Both the position numbers and the translations under genes were made by a program. The notes under the pieces were generated by a model. The model did no database searches, was not told the DNA's origin, and saw nothing but the letters and a program-made list of their open reading frames with translations. Shown piece after piece: positions 7,810 to 15,557 of a DNA stretch of 64,000 nt. The stretch is taken from contig CAYWNT010000002.1 in the NCBI GenBank assembly GCA_964459725.1, positions 83,719 to 147,718 on the forward strand, in the 5' to 3' direction. Numbering within the stretch: position 1 is the first letter of the stretch; every line of letters starts with the position of its first letter. This DNA is from an uncultured Gammaproteobacteria bacterium (GTDB lineage: Bacteria; Patescibacteriota; Patescibacteriia; Patescibacteriales; UBA12075).

Positions 7810-7964
7810 ATTCAATGACTTAATTAGTTTAAATACTTAATGGAGTTTAATTTTACCATATTTTTAATAATAAAAAAAGCGCCTCCTCCTCCAAGGTCGT
7901 ACGCTTTTTAAATTGATAATTAATTTTTTCCAGTCAGACAATTTCCACCACTAAATAAAACAAT

Positions 7965-8129
7965 CTAAATATCATCAAGCTCTTTTGCTGCATCTTCTCC
8001 TATAAAACCGGCTATCTTGGCTCGACATTTCTCAACACATTCTTCCTCGGTCATAACATCCACCATCTTGGCGCTAGCTGGACCAAAGTATTTCAACATC
8101 AAATTTTTACATTTTTCTTTTTTTGACAT
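7965..8129 (-). CDS. hypothetical 54-aa protein (not in ORF track)
   Basis: The reverse complement gives MSKKEKCKNLMLKYFGPASAKMVDVMTEEECVEKCRAKIAGFIGEDAAKELDDI*. It starts 18 nt after the Cache-HAMP gene's stop and is followed by a terminator-like hairpin at 7873-7912. Confidence 0.4.
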   Translation of the reverse strand: MSKKEKCKNLMLKYFGPASAKMVDVMTEEECVEKCRAKIAGFIGEDAAKELDDI

Positions 8130-8146
8130 GTTTTTGTAAAAATCAC

Positions 8147-9310
8147 TTACTTCTTATTCTTATGAAATTTTATTGCTCCAACCAAAAGACTGGCACTGTC
8201 GCTCAGCTCACCGATTTCATCCTTGGTTTTTATCTCAGGAATTTCAGCATCCAGGTCACCTTCTGCCACCTTGTTTAAAGCAACTGTGAGTTTTTTAATT
8301 GGATTTGTGATCGCTCTTGATGCTACTACCCCAACTATAATTGCGACCACCAAGAATAACAATGAGACCATCAGTATATTGTTTCTAACACCGGCAATAG
8401 AGGCCTTGAAGTCTGTTAGGTTTTCTTCAGCAACTATTATCCACTCATAAGGCTCATAATAGACAAACGAAGCGGTTTTCTCTTCACCATTTTCAGTATA
8501 GTTTATATTGCCATTTTTCATTTCCAGCATCTTTTTTATATGCTCAACATCGCTAACATCTTCCCCTCTTTTTGTTTTGTGCGCTACGAGTTTTCCATAA
8601 TTTACGTCCTCCAAGACACTTACAACATATATTTGCCCCTCGTTTCCAAAAGACATGTCTTCAAACTTCTCAATAATATTATTTACTGCTTCTGTCTCCG
8701 GGATACCCACACAAAGAGCTCCAACGTTTTCGCCTTCTATATTCTTGATAGGGTCACAATTCTTGGTCTTGAAGACTCCTTTAATTTTAGAATACTTATT
8801 AAAGAACTGACCATTTTTTATCACCTTGTCATACATTGAACCTTCCATGATGTATCCATATTTATAGATGCCCTTTGTAACTGTTGTGGATATTTTCTTG
8901 GCTGACTTGTTGTCAATTTTTACAAAAATAGACGAAGGACCTTTTGCCAAATTCATCACCTCCTTAACAATATTGTTATCATTATCCTTGTCGTTAATTA
9001 CCAAGCCAGTTTCACAAACTAGATTTTCTCCATCAATTTCAGCTGTTTCACCACAAAGTTCAGTGAATTTTTTACGTGCCACATTCATGTTGGTAGAAAT
9101 ATTCTTTGCCACAAATTTATGTATAGTATCAGCAATATCCTTGCTAACCTGCGACTCAACATTAACCTCTTGGATTATCATATTGATGTTTGCAGTAGCT
9201 TGTTGCCCCAAACTTTTCTCAGCTTCTTTAAAAGCAATTAAACCAATTGATATTGAAGGTAATAGCACCAATATCAAAATTGTAACTATAAGTTTGTGTG
9301 TAATTTTCAT
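8147..9310 (-). CDS. membrane sensor with extracytoplasmic Cache-like domain and HAMP domain, no output domain
   Basis: The architecture is TM1 (LIVTILILVLLPSISIGLIAF), a ~270-aa periplasmic-type region, TM2 (ILMVSLLFLVVAIIVGVVA), then HAMP (SRAITNPIKKLTVALNKVAEGDLDAEIPEIKTKDEIGELSDS). The protein ends ~20 aa after HAMP. Confidence 0.8.
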   Translation of the reverse strand: MKITHKLIVTILILVLLPSISIGLIAFKEAEKSLGQQATANINMIIQEVNVESQVSKDIADTIHKFVAKNISTNMNVARKKFTELCGETAEIDGENLVCETGLVINDKDNDNNIVKEVMNLAKGPSSIFVKIDNKSAKKISTTVTKGIYKYGYIMEGSMYDKVIKNGQFFNKYSKIKGVFKTKNCDPIKNIEGENVGALCVGIPETEAVNNIIEKFEDMSFGNEGQIYVVSVLEDVNYGKLVAHKTKRGEDVSDVEHIKKMLEMKNGNINYTENGEEKTASFVYYEPYEWIIVAEENLTDFKASIAGVRNNILMVSLLFLVVAIIVGVVASRAITNPIKKLTVALNKVAEGDLDAEIPEIKTKDEIGELSDSASLLVGAIKFHKNKK

Positions 9311-9440
9311 AATAGAGTTTTGATAAATAAATATTATTATTTAAAATTATTTATATTATACCACATTTCCCAAAATAAAAAAAGCGCCGTTTCCTTGTTT
9401 TTCAAGGTCGTGCGCTTTTGTATTTGTGTTTTAAATTTTT

Positions 9441-10061
9441 TTATTTTTTTCTCATGGACATCAACCCAACGAATCCTGATCCAAGAAGCCAGATTGCTCC
9501 CGGAAGAGGTACTGTGGAAAGAGGTATGTCGGAATTATACCTTAACTGACCATAAAGTCCCTCATCAAAGTTTGGTATTTGGCCGGCATAAGTAGTCGTG
9601 TCATACTGAGCAAAGTCTACAGCTAGAACAAGTGGGTTGTTGTCTTGATCATATTCTACTTCCAGAATATCAAAATACCCCCAGCTTGTATTATTCCCTC
9701 TGCCCTCTCCTGTAAAAGAGAGTCCGGCACCGTCGTCAAGATTAAAAGGCCATCTCCATGCATCATGGTAATGCCCCACTTCAAGCAACTCGTCATTGGG
9801 TGCGGAAAGGTCAAGTGACCACCAATGATAATGGTTGGTTTCATCGCGCCAGTTCATCCGAAAATGAACGCTATTATAGGCGTTACTATATAATGATGAA
9901 TTTATATCCCCCACTATATCCTGAGACGAAAAACTTCTACCACCCCCAACCCAGTTTCCTGGATCAGAATCAAACTGCAGGATGAAATTACTTGCCTGAG
10001 CAAGTGTAGCCCCTACAAAAACGAAAGCCATCGCCAATACCACCAAAAAACTTTTTCGCAT
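9441..10061 (-). CDS. secreted protein with C-terminal VPLPA/PEP-CTERM-type sorting signal
   Basis: It has the signal peptide MRKSFLVVLAMAFVFVGATLAQA. The C-terminus is VPLPGAIWLLGSGFVGLMSMRKK, i.e. motif + TM helix + basic tail. GGAG lies upstream of the ATG at 10061. The gene is visibly GC-richer than its neighbours. Confidence 0.75.
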   Translation of the reverse strand: MRKSFLVVLAMAFVFVGATLAQASNFILQFDSDPGNWVGGGRSFSSQDIVGDINSSLYSNAYNSVHFRMNWRDETNHYHWWSLDLSAPNDELLEVGHYHDAWRWPFNLDDGAGLSFTGEGRGNNTSWGYFDILEVEYDQDNNPLVLAVDFAQYDTTTYAGQIPNFDEGLYGQLRYNSDIPLSTVPLPGAIWLLGSGFVGLMSMRKK

Positions 10062-10249
10062 TCCTTCTTCTCCTTTTTGAGAATTATTAAAACATATAAA
10101 TGTACAACGATAAAAAGTATAGCATTAAACCATAATTTTGTCAACCCCTGCAAAATTTTCCTCACCTAAAATCTTTGATTCTCCTCCAACATATCTAAAA
10201 ATCAATATAGATTGTTCCAACTTGTATTGATTACCCAATAGAGGCACAA

Positions 10250-10278
10250 TTGACGATAAGCAAGAAATGCTTTACAAT
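10250..10278 (+). promoter_or_regulatory. sigma70-type promoter (TTGACG-17-TACAAT)
   Basis: TTGACG at 10250-10255 and TACAAT at 10273-10278. It would give a ~160-nt leader before the ATG at 10440. Confidence 0.45.
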
Positions 10279-10439
10279 ATTTTATATCTAATTTTGATCT
10301 TTACAAAAGAGAATAAAATGTCAAAAGCATATTAATCAATACTGACAATGGAAGAGGGGGTAAGTTTAAAAATTGAATCAGTCAAGGAAGATAAAGCGTA
10401 TTTATTTTTTGCCTCTAGTAATTAAAATATGGAGATACA

Positions 10440-11294
10440 ATGAAAAAACATAATGTCCTACTTAGACGAGAAGCAGCTTATCGAATTATTTTTCAGCATG
10501 AGTTGTTAAAGAAGAAAAAAAAGAATGTTGAGATTATTTTGTTAGCGCTGGGAACAGTGCCAGAAGGGATGTTTGTAACAAAACGGTTTGTTTTAGATTT
10601 TGTTTCTGGTCTTCAAGACGGGCAAAATATGTCCGCCAAAAATTATAGTAGCTGTTTATCCAGATTATCGCAAAAGAAAAGGATAGTTAAAAAAACCATC
10701 AAACAAGAAGATGCGGATATTTATGGTCCCTATATCGAAGATGCGGATATTTATGGCCCTAATGTCAATAAGCCAATTTTTGTATATAGTCTTGGTGGAG
10801 AAAAAGCATCTTTACCTGCTTGCATTAAAACTGTTAACAAAGAGGTTTTAAATCAAACAGCTGGAATTACTTATCAAGATTACTTAGATGAGGTAGCTAT
10901 AACTCGTTTATACATGCAGGGTATAAGTGCTGAAAATTATGGAGAAAAATATATAGCGCTTGAGCGAAAATATAACGCTTTAGTTGTTATGAGGAATAAG
11001 TTAGTTGCTAAGTTACTAGAGATTAATTCATCTTTTAATAAACATGAATTTGATGACCTAATACAACCAGTACTTGATCAACCAGTTGGTGAGATTAACC
11101 TTTCTGCAAGAACACTAAATTGTTTTCGCGAAATGGATATCAAGACAGTGGGGCAGATTATTTCCTGTACAAGTAGTCAGCTTTTGATTTCTGGAAATTT
11201 TAAAAGGAAGGAATTAGAAGAAACTGATCTAATTCTTTCGGAAATGGGCTTGAGCCTAGGGGGCGGATCTTTAAAAGGAGAGGATACCAGATAA
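10440..11294 (+). CDS. hypothetical protein with C-terminal RNA polymerase alpha-subunit CTD-like (HhH) domain
   Basis: The C-terminus PVLDQPVGEINLSARTLNCFREMDIKTVGQIISCTSSQLLISGNFKRKELEETDLILSEMGLSLG aligns residue-for-residue with E. coli alpha-CTD (..[56 protein letters not shown]). GGAG lies 5 nt upstream of the ATG. Confidence 0.8.
   Translation: MKKHNVLLRREAAYRIIFQHELLKKKKKNVEIILLALGTVPEGMFVTKRFVLDFVSGLQDGQNMSAKNYSSCLSRLSQKKRIVKKTIKQEDADIYGPYIEDADIYGPNVNKPIFVYSLGGEKASLPACIKTVNKEVLNQTAGITYQDYLDEVAITRLYMQGISAENYGEKYIALERKYNALVVMRNKLVAKLLEINSSFNKHEFDDLIQPVLDQPVGEINLSARTLNCFREMDIKTVGQIISCTSSQLLISGNFKRKELEETDLILSEMGLSLGGGSLKGEDTR
10707..10766 (+). repeat. 30-bp x2 in-frame tandem duplication (EDADIYGPYI / EDADIYGPNV)
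   Basis: gaagatgcggatatttatggtccctatatc is followed by gaagatgcggatatttatggccctaatgtc, with 26/30 identical. Confidence 0.95.
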
Positions 11295-11377
11295 TTGTTT
11301 TAAGAAAAATAGCACGGTAGGAATATATTCTGCCGTGTTTTTAATTGAGAAATTATAAATCGAAAATTTTATAAACA

Positions 11378-11404
11378 AAACAACCCGCCAAAGACGGGTT
11401 GTTT
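11378..11404. terminator. bidirectional intrinsic terminator
   Basis: AAACAACCCG pairs with CGGGTTGTTT (10-bp perfect stem, loop CCAAAGA) between convergent genes. Confidence 0.7.
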
Positions 11405-11418
11405 AAAATGCTATAAAT

Positions 11419-11541
11419 CTATTTTTTCTTTTTTTTCTTAGCCCTTTCCTCAAGCATAAGTCGCTTGATCTCAAGACGTTTTGCGGTTTTGTGAGAATGT
11501 GTTTTTTTCTTCTTCCCAACCCCAGTGTCTCTTTTTGCCAT
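11419..11541 (-). CDS. very basic 40-aa protein (possibly ribosome-associated; unassigned); not in ORF track
   Basis: The reverse complement gives MAKRDTGVGKKKKTHSHKTAKRLEIKRLMLEERAKKKKKK*. It has its own near-consensus promoter (11586-11614) and a terminator (11378-11404). No SD was seen. Confidence 0.45.
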   Translation of the reverse strand: MAKRDTGVGKKKKTHSHKTAKRLEIKRLMLEERAKKKKKK

Positions 11542-11585
11542 ATAAATATTTTAATCAATAATAAAACTATACGTATGATAAAGAA

Positions 11586-11614
11586 AATATAGCATTTTGC
11601 CTTATCTTTGTCAA
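11586..11614 (-). promoter_or_regulatory. sigma70-type promoter (TTGACA-17-TATATT)
   Basis: The minus strand reads TTGACA (11614-11609), a 17-nt spacer, then TATATT (11591-11586). Confidence 0.5.
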
Positions 11615-11705
11615 TCAATTCACACAAAAAACAAAAACGATCCTCGAAGATTGGGTTATTAAAAATTCTGTAAACCTTATTTGTTTTTTTGATGCTCTAT
11701 ATCTC

Positions 11706-12947
11706 TTATTGTGTTAAAAGCTCCTCTCCCCTTTTCACCCAATAACCCTCTCCAAGCTGCTCCATCTCTAAAATATAATCGGAAATCAGACTCTCACGCT
11801 CTTCTTCGCCTGAAACAGTTTGAATATGTTTTTCCAAGAAATTATATTGAGTAGCCAGTCTTGTGTCCTTATCCTCAATTTGTAACCAAAGATTATTTTC
11901 AAAAACCCAACCAATAAAATCGGGGTCGTCTTTCTTGCTTTCTATTACCTCCAATAGCCTAGCTTGAGTTTCTTCGATTGAGGCGTCGGAATAATCATCA
12001 GTAGACAAGTATTTTTTTATCGGATCAAGCGTTGTATCTAAATATTCATCAAGATTTTCTGGAGCATACTCTATATCTCGTACGTCATAAGCAGGACGCA
12101 TAGTTAATCGAATTCGCTCTGGATTATTAGCAAGATTCATTGAGGATAATATTTCTACCAAGGCCTGAGTATCTGCAAAAGATAAATTAGTCTGGACCGT
12201 CTTATACATAATATATTGCCAAACTTTATTCATGCGTGAAGATTCAGAAGGAATATATTTCGTTAGTAAATATTTTAAAAAGGTTGAATGATCATGCGCT
12301 CTCTGCGGTTCACCAGCTGCATACGATTGTCGTTGTCGCAACCACCTGAGAGTGCTTATGGCAGGAAGTTTTAAATTTCTCAAAATTCCCAATACCTCAG
12401 AGAAACCTACAACTACCAGGTAATCGGCTTTCTTTCCAAGAATTTTTTCTATCTGATTAATGCCATATTCCAAACCACCCAAACCACAAGCATTTGATAT
12501 ATAATAATCAGAAGAAGTAGCACCTTTACCAGCTGGCAATGGCGAATATGTGCCGCGAGGAACAGCAGTTATAACCACGCTAGACGCTATCTTGTTGATA
12601 GTAATTAATTGAATAGCATCACAGTGCCCCATTGTCTCACCGACTCTTGCATCCAGACCGACCAGAAGAATATCCACCACTCCATCATCACCAAAAGGAT
12701 CAACTGTCTCATCATTTTTCACCACATCTGCCCGATGATCATTTTTTAACTTATCAACTACAGAAATATACTCTTTTTCTACCGTAGGAGGTACACGAAA
12801 AACAACATTGATCAATATTAAAACGCCAAGGCCGCAAAGAAACACTAAGAAGATTAAAATACGCCCCAAAAAAAATGCACCTGGGGTATAAATATATTTT
12901 TTCATGTATACATAGTTCAATTTAATACGTTTTAAGTATAACCCCAT
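11706..12947 (-). CDS. LytR-CpsA-Psr (LCP) family cell-envelope glycopolymer transferase with C-terminal extension
   Basis: It has an N-terminal TM anchor and the LCP core DILLVGLDARVGETMGHCDAIQLITINK...VVITAVPRGTY. An alternative start is MKKYIY at 12905. Confidence 0.8.
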   Translation of the reverse strand: MGLYLKRIKLNYVYMKKYIYTPGAFFLGRILIFLVFLCGLGVLILINVVFRVPPTVEKEYISVVDKLKNDHRADVVKNDETVDPFGDDGVVDILLVGLDARVGETMGHCDAIQLITINKIASSVVITAVPRGTYSPLPAGKGATSSDYYISNACGLGGLEYGINQIEKILGKKADYLVVVGFSEVLGILRNLKLPAISTLRWLRQRQSYAAGEPQRAHDHSTFLKYLLTKYIPSESSRMNKVWQYIMYKTVQTNLSFADTQALVEILSSMNLANNPERIRLTMRPAYDVRDIEYAPENLDEYLDTTLDPIKKYLSTDDYSDASIEETQARLLEVIESKKDDPDFIGWVFENNLWLQIEDKDTRLATQYNFLEKHIQTVSGEEERESLISDYILEMEQLGEGYWVKRGEELLTQ

Positions 12948-13124
12948 ATTTAATAAAGTTCAACAATAAATAAGCGAGACTATTTTGATTAATCTGACCA
13001 AAAATAACCAAGATCTATATTTTTTTTCCTTACTTAAATTATTAAATAAAAACTGGTCATAACACTAGTCAAAACTCAAAAATATGCTATTATCTACTTA
13101 TATTAGTAAATAATATCTTAATAA

Positions 13125-14936
13125 ATGTCAGCCTTGTTGCAGATAAAAAAAATTTCAAAATCCTTCGGGCCGCATAGCATCTTCAATGAGGCCAGTTTTA
13201 GTATTGATAAAAAACAAAAAATAGGTGTTGTTGGTAGAAATGGTGCCGGGAAAACAACCTTATTCAAAATGATGCTCGGAGAGGAAGATGTTGATAGTGG
13301 TGAAATTGCCATATTTGATAAAACCAGGATTGGCTACCTCGAACAACAAGAAAAATTTAATAAAACTGAAACTGTCATGGAATTTCTAATGCGCGATAGC
13401 GGAAAAGAAAATTGGGAATGCGCTAAAATTGCTGGAAATTTTCAATTAAAAAACGAGCTACTAGATACCAAAATTACCGATCTTTCTGGGGGCTACCAAA
13501 TGCGAATCAGGCTTTCAGCCATGATCCTTCGAGAACCAAACCTTCTACTCCTGGATGAGCCAACCAATCATCTCGACTTAAGCACCTTGTTACTCTTGGA
13601 AGAATTTTTGAGAACATACAACGGCTCCTACCTTGTCATTTCCCATGATAGAGAATTCTTGCGCAACACTTGCGACAAGACTCTTGAAGTTGATCAAGGC
13701 AAACTCTATTTCTATCCAGGCTCTCTAGATGAGTACTTAGACCATAAGGAGTTAAAAAAGAAAACCGATGAGAGATACAATAAAAAAATCAAACGACAGC
13801 GAGTGCATTTACAAAAATTCGTTGATCGCTTCAGATACAAGGCCTCCAAAGCTTCTCAGGCTCAATCAAAAATAAAACAAATAGAACGTCTAACAGAGGT
13901 CAGTATCATACAATCCCTCAAAACCGCTCAAATATTCATTCCTCCCATTGAAAGCAAAAAGGGACTTGCTCTCCGCATTGAGGACCTCAGCATTGGCTAT
14001 GACAAAAAACCAATCGCAGATAATATTTCAATTGACATCAGTCGTGGTGATCACATCGCCGTCCTCGGAGATAACGGACACGGAAAAACAACTTTCCTAA
14101 AAACACTCAATAAAGAGCTAGATAAAATCTCAGGTAATTTCCGCTGGATGCCAAATATCAAAATCGCCAACTATGACCAACACGTAACAGCAACATTGAA
14201 TCCAAAAGATCAAATTGGTTCATATCTCGAAAGGCAAGCCGGAGAGAACGTTACAACCGAAGATGTTCTTCGAATAGCCGGAAACTTCTTGTTCTATGGT
14301 GACGATATCAAAAAAAACGTCTTTATGCTATCTGGAGGAGAAAAAGCCAGACTATGTATTGCTGGCATGCTTTTGCAAGAATGTAATGTGCTACTCTTGG
14401 ACGAACCAACAAACCACCTCGACTTCGAAACAGTTGAGACGCTAAGCCAAGCTCTCAGCAAGAGCAATGCTACTATTTTGTTTATCAGCCATAACCGTGA
14501 CTTCTCACGAAACCTTGCAACCAAGATTATTGAAGTTGCTGATGGTGAGGTAAAAATGAGTAACTATAATTACGAAGAATATTTACACCACCTCTATTCA
14601 AAATCCGGCCTGGACAACACTCGTGCCTTTTTAGACAAGAGCGCCAGTTCCAAGACAAACAAAGAAAGAGAGAAAGAAGAAAAGAAAATTAAATTTGAAA
14701 AAAATAAAGAATTGAAAAAAGAATTAACAAAACTAAAAAATAGCATTCAATACAACAAGGCCATCGAACAAAAAATCCTTAAAGAGTACGAAAAAAATAA
14801 TTATAAGTACTCACGAGAAAGAAATGAAAAAATGAACGAGATAAAAAATATAATTTATGATGAAGAATTGAAGCTAATGGAGACAGAAGATAAAATTGAG
14901 AAACTTCGCCCCGAAGGAAGTACTCTTGGGGTATAA
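13125..14936 (+). CDS. ABC-F family ATPase (two ABC domains, no TMD), with lysine-rich C-terminal coiled coil
   Basis: Walker A motifs GRNGAGKTT and GDNGHGKTT; signature motifs LSGGYQMR and LSGGEKAR; an inter-domain linker is present. Confidence 0.9.
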   Translation: MSALLQIKKISKSFGPHSIFNEASFSIDKKQKIGVVGRNGAGKTTLFKMMLGEEDVDSGEIAIFDKTRIGYLEQQEKFNKTETVMEFLMRDSGKENWECAKIAGNFQLKNELLDTKITDLSGGYQMRIRLSAMILREPNLLLLDEPTNHLDLSTLLLLEEFLRTYNGSYLVISHDREFLRNTCDKTLEVDQGKLYFYPGSLDEYLDHKELKKKTDERYNKKIKRQRVHLQKFVDRFRYKASKASQAQSKIKQIERLTEVSIIQSLKTAQIFIPPIESKKGLALRIEDLSIGYDKKPIADNISIDISRGDHIAVLGDNGHGKTTFLKTLNKELDKISGNFRWMPNIKIANYDQHVTATLNPKDQIGSYLERQAGENVTTEDVLRIAGNFLFYGDDIKKNVFMLSGGEKARLCIAGMLLQECNVLLLDEPTNHLDFETVETLSQALSKSNATILFISHNRDFSRNLATKIIEVADGEVKMSNYNYEEYLHHLYSKSGLDNTRAFLDKSASSKTNKEREKEEKKIKFEKNKELKKELTKLKNSIQYNKAIEQKILKEYEKNNYKYSRERNEKMNEIKNIIYDEELKLMETEDKIEKLRPEGSTLGV

Positions 14937-14940
14937 ATGA

Positions 14941-14967
14941 AAACCACCAGTTGTAAACTGGTGGTTT
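14941..14967 (+). terminator. stem-loop after ABC-F gene (AAACCACCAG hairpin family)
   Basis: AAACCACCAGTT pairs with AACTGGTGGTTT (12-bp perfect stem, loop GTA). It may double as the terminal hairpin of the adjacent IS. Confidence 0.6.
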
Positions 14968-15028
14968 CTATCTTGCCCACTATCGTGGGTTAGTCGAATA
15001 GTGTAGGTAATTCTACTTTGTGCTTTTC

Positions 15029-15412
15029 CTAAGTTTTTATATAATTCCTTATTTGGTGTTCATTGATGCCTATTGTTGATACAAAATAACCACGACACCA
15101 TATTGAGCCTCTTGGTATTTTCTTTGTCTTCTTTTTTATCCAGCTTGATGATTTGCCCTTGAGTACTTGAACAGCGTAGGATATAGAGTATTTTGGTGGA
15201 ATTACTATATACAAATGCACATGATCTTCACCGACGTACCACTCTAATGGTGTAAAGCCCTTCCATTTGCATATCGTCTTGAATATCCTCTTCATCTCTG
15301 CTTTAATATAGTTATCAAATAGTTTACCTCTGTATTTGGTTGCCCAAACTATGTGATATTGGCAAATGTATGTGCAATGCTTTAAATTGTACAATCTGTA
15401 GTTTGTTGCCAT
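15029..15412 (-). CDS. tnpA: IS200/IS605 family transposase TnpA (HUH Y1)
   Basis: YHIVWATKYRGKLF, EDHVHLYIVIPPKYSISYAVQVLKGKSS (HUH motif) and WCRGYFVSTIG (catalytic Tyr region). The protein is 127 aa. Confidence 0.92.
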   Translation of the reverse strand: MATNYRLYNLKHCTYICQYHIVWATKYRGKLFDNYIKAEMKRIFKTICKWKGFTPLEWYVGEDHVHLYIVIPPKYSISYAVQVLKGKSSSWIKKKTKKIPRGSIWCRGYFVSTIGINEHQIRNYIKT

Positions 15413-15557
15413 AAAAAAACCACCTCCTTTCTAGACCAAAGTTGGTGGTTTTATTATACAAGGGCTTCGCCTTAAACGCACGCACCAGCTGAAGCTGGTG
15501 GTTTATGGATTAATAAAAAAATAGCTAAAATTAGCTACTATTAATCACTATCTTGTT

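Larger units (their letters stand above)
14941..15510 (-). mobile_element. IS200/IS605-family element (tnpA only)
   Basis: It encodes a Y1 HUH transposase flanked by subterminal hairpins: 14941-14967, CCCAC/GTGGG near 14980, and CACCAGC/GCTGGTG at 15483-15500. The exact ends are not determinable by eye. Confidence 0.6.

Noticed and set aside
11403-11627. 74-aa minus-strand ORF from the track
   Set aside because: It would run across a consensus promoter and has an odd composition. A 40-aa basic ORF in another frame, with correct promoter and terminator spacing, fits better.
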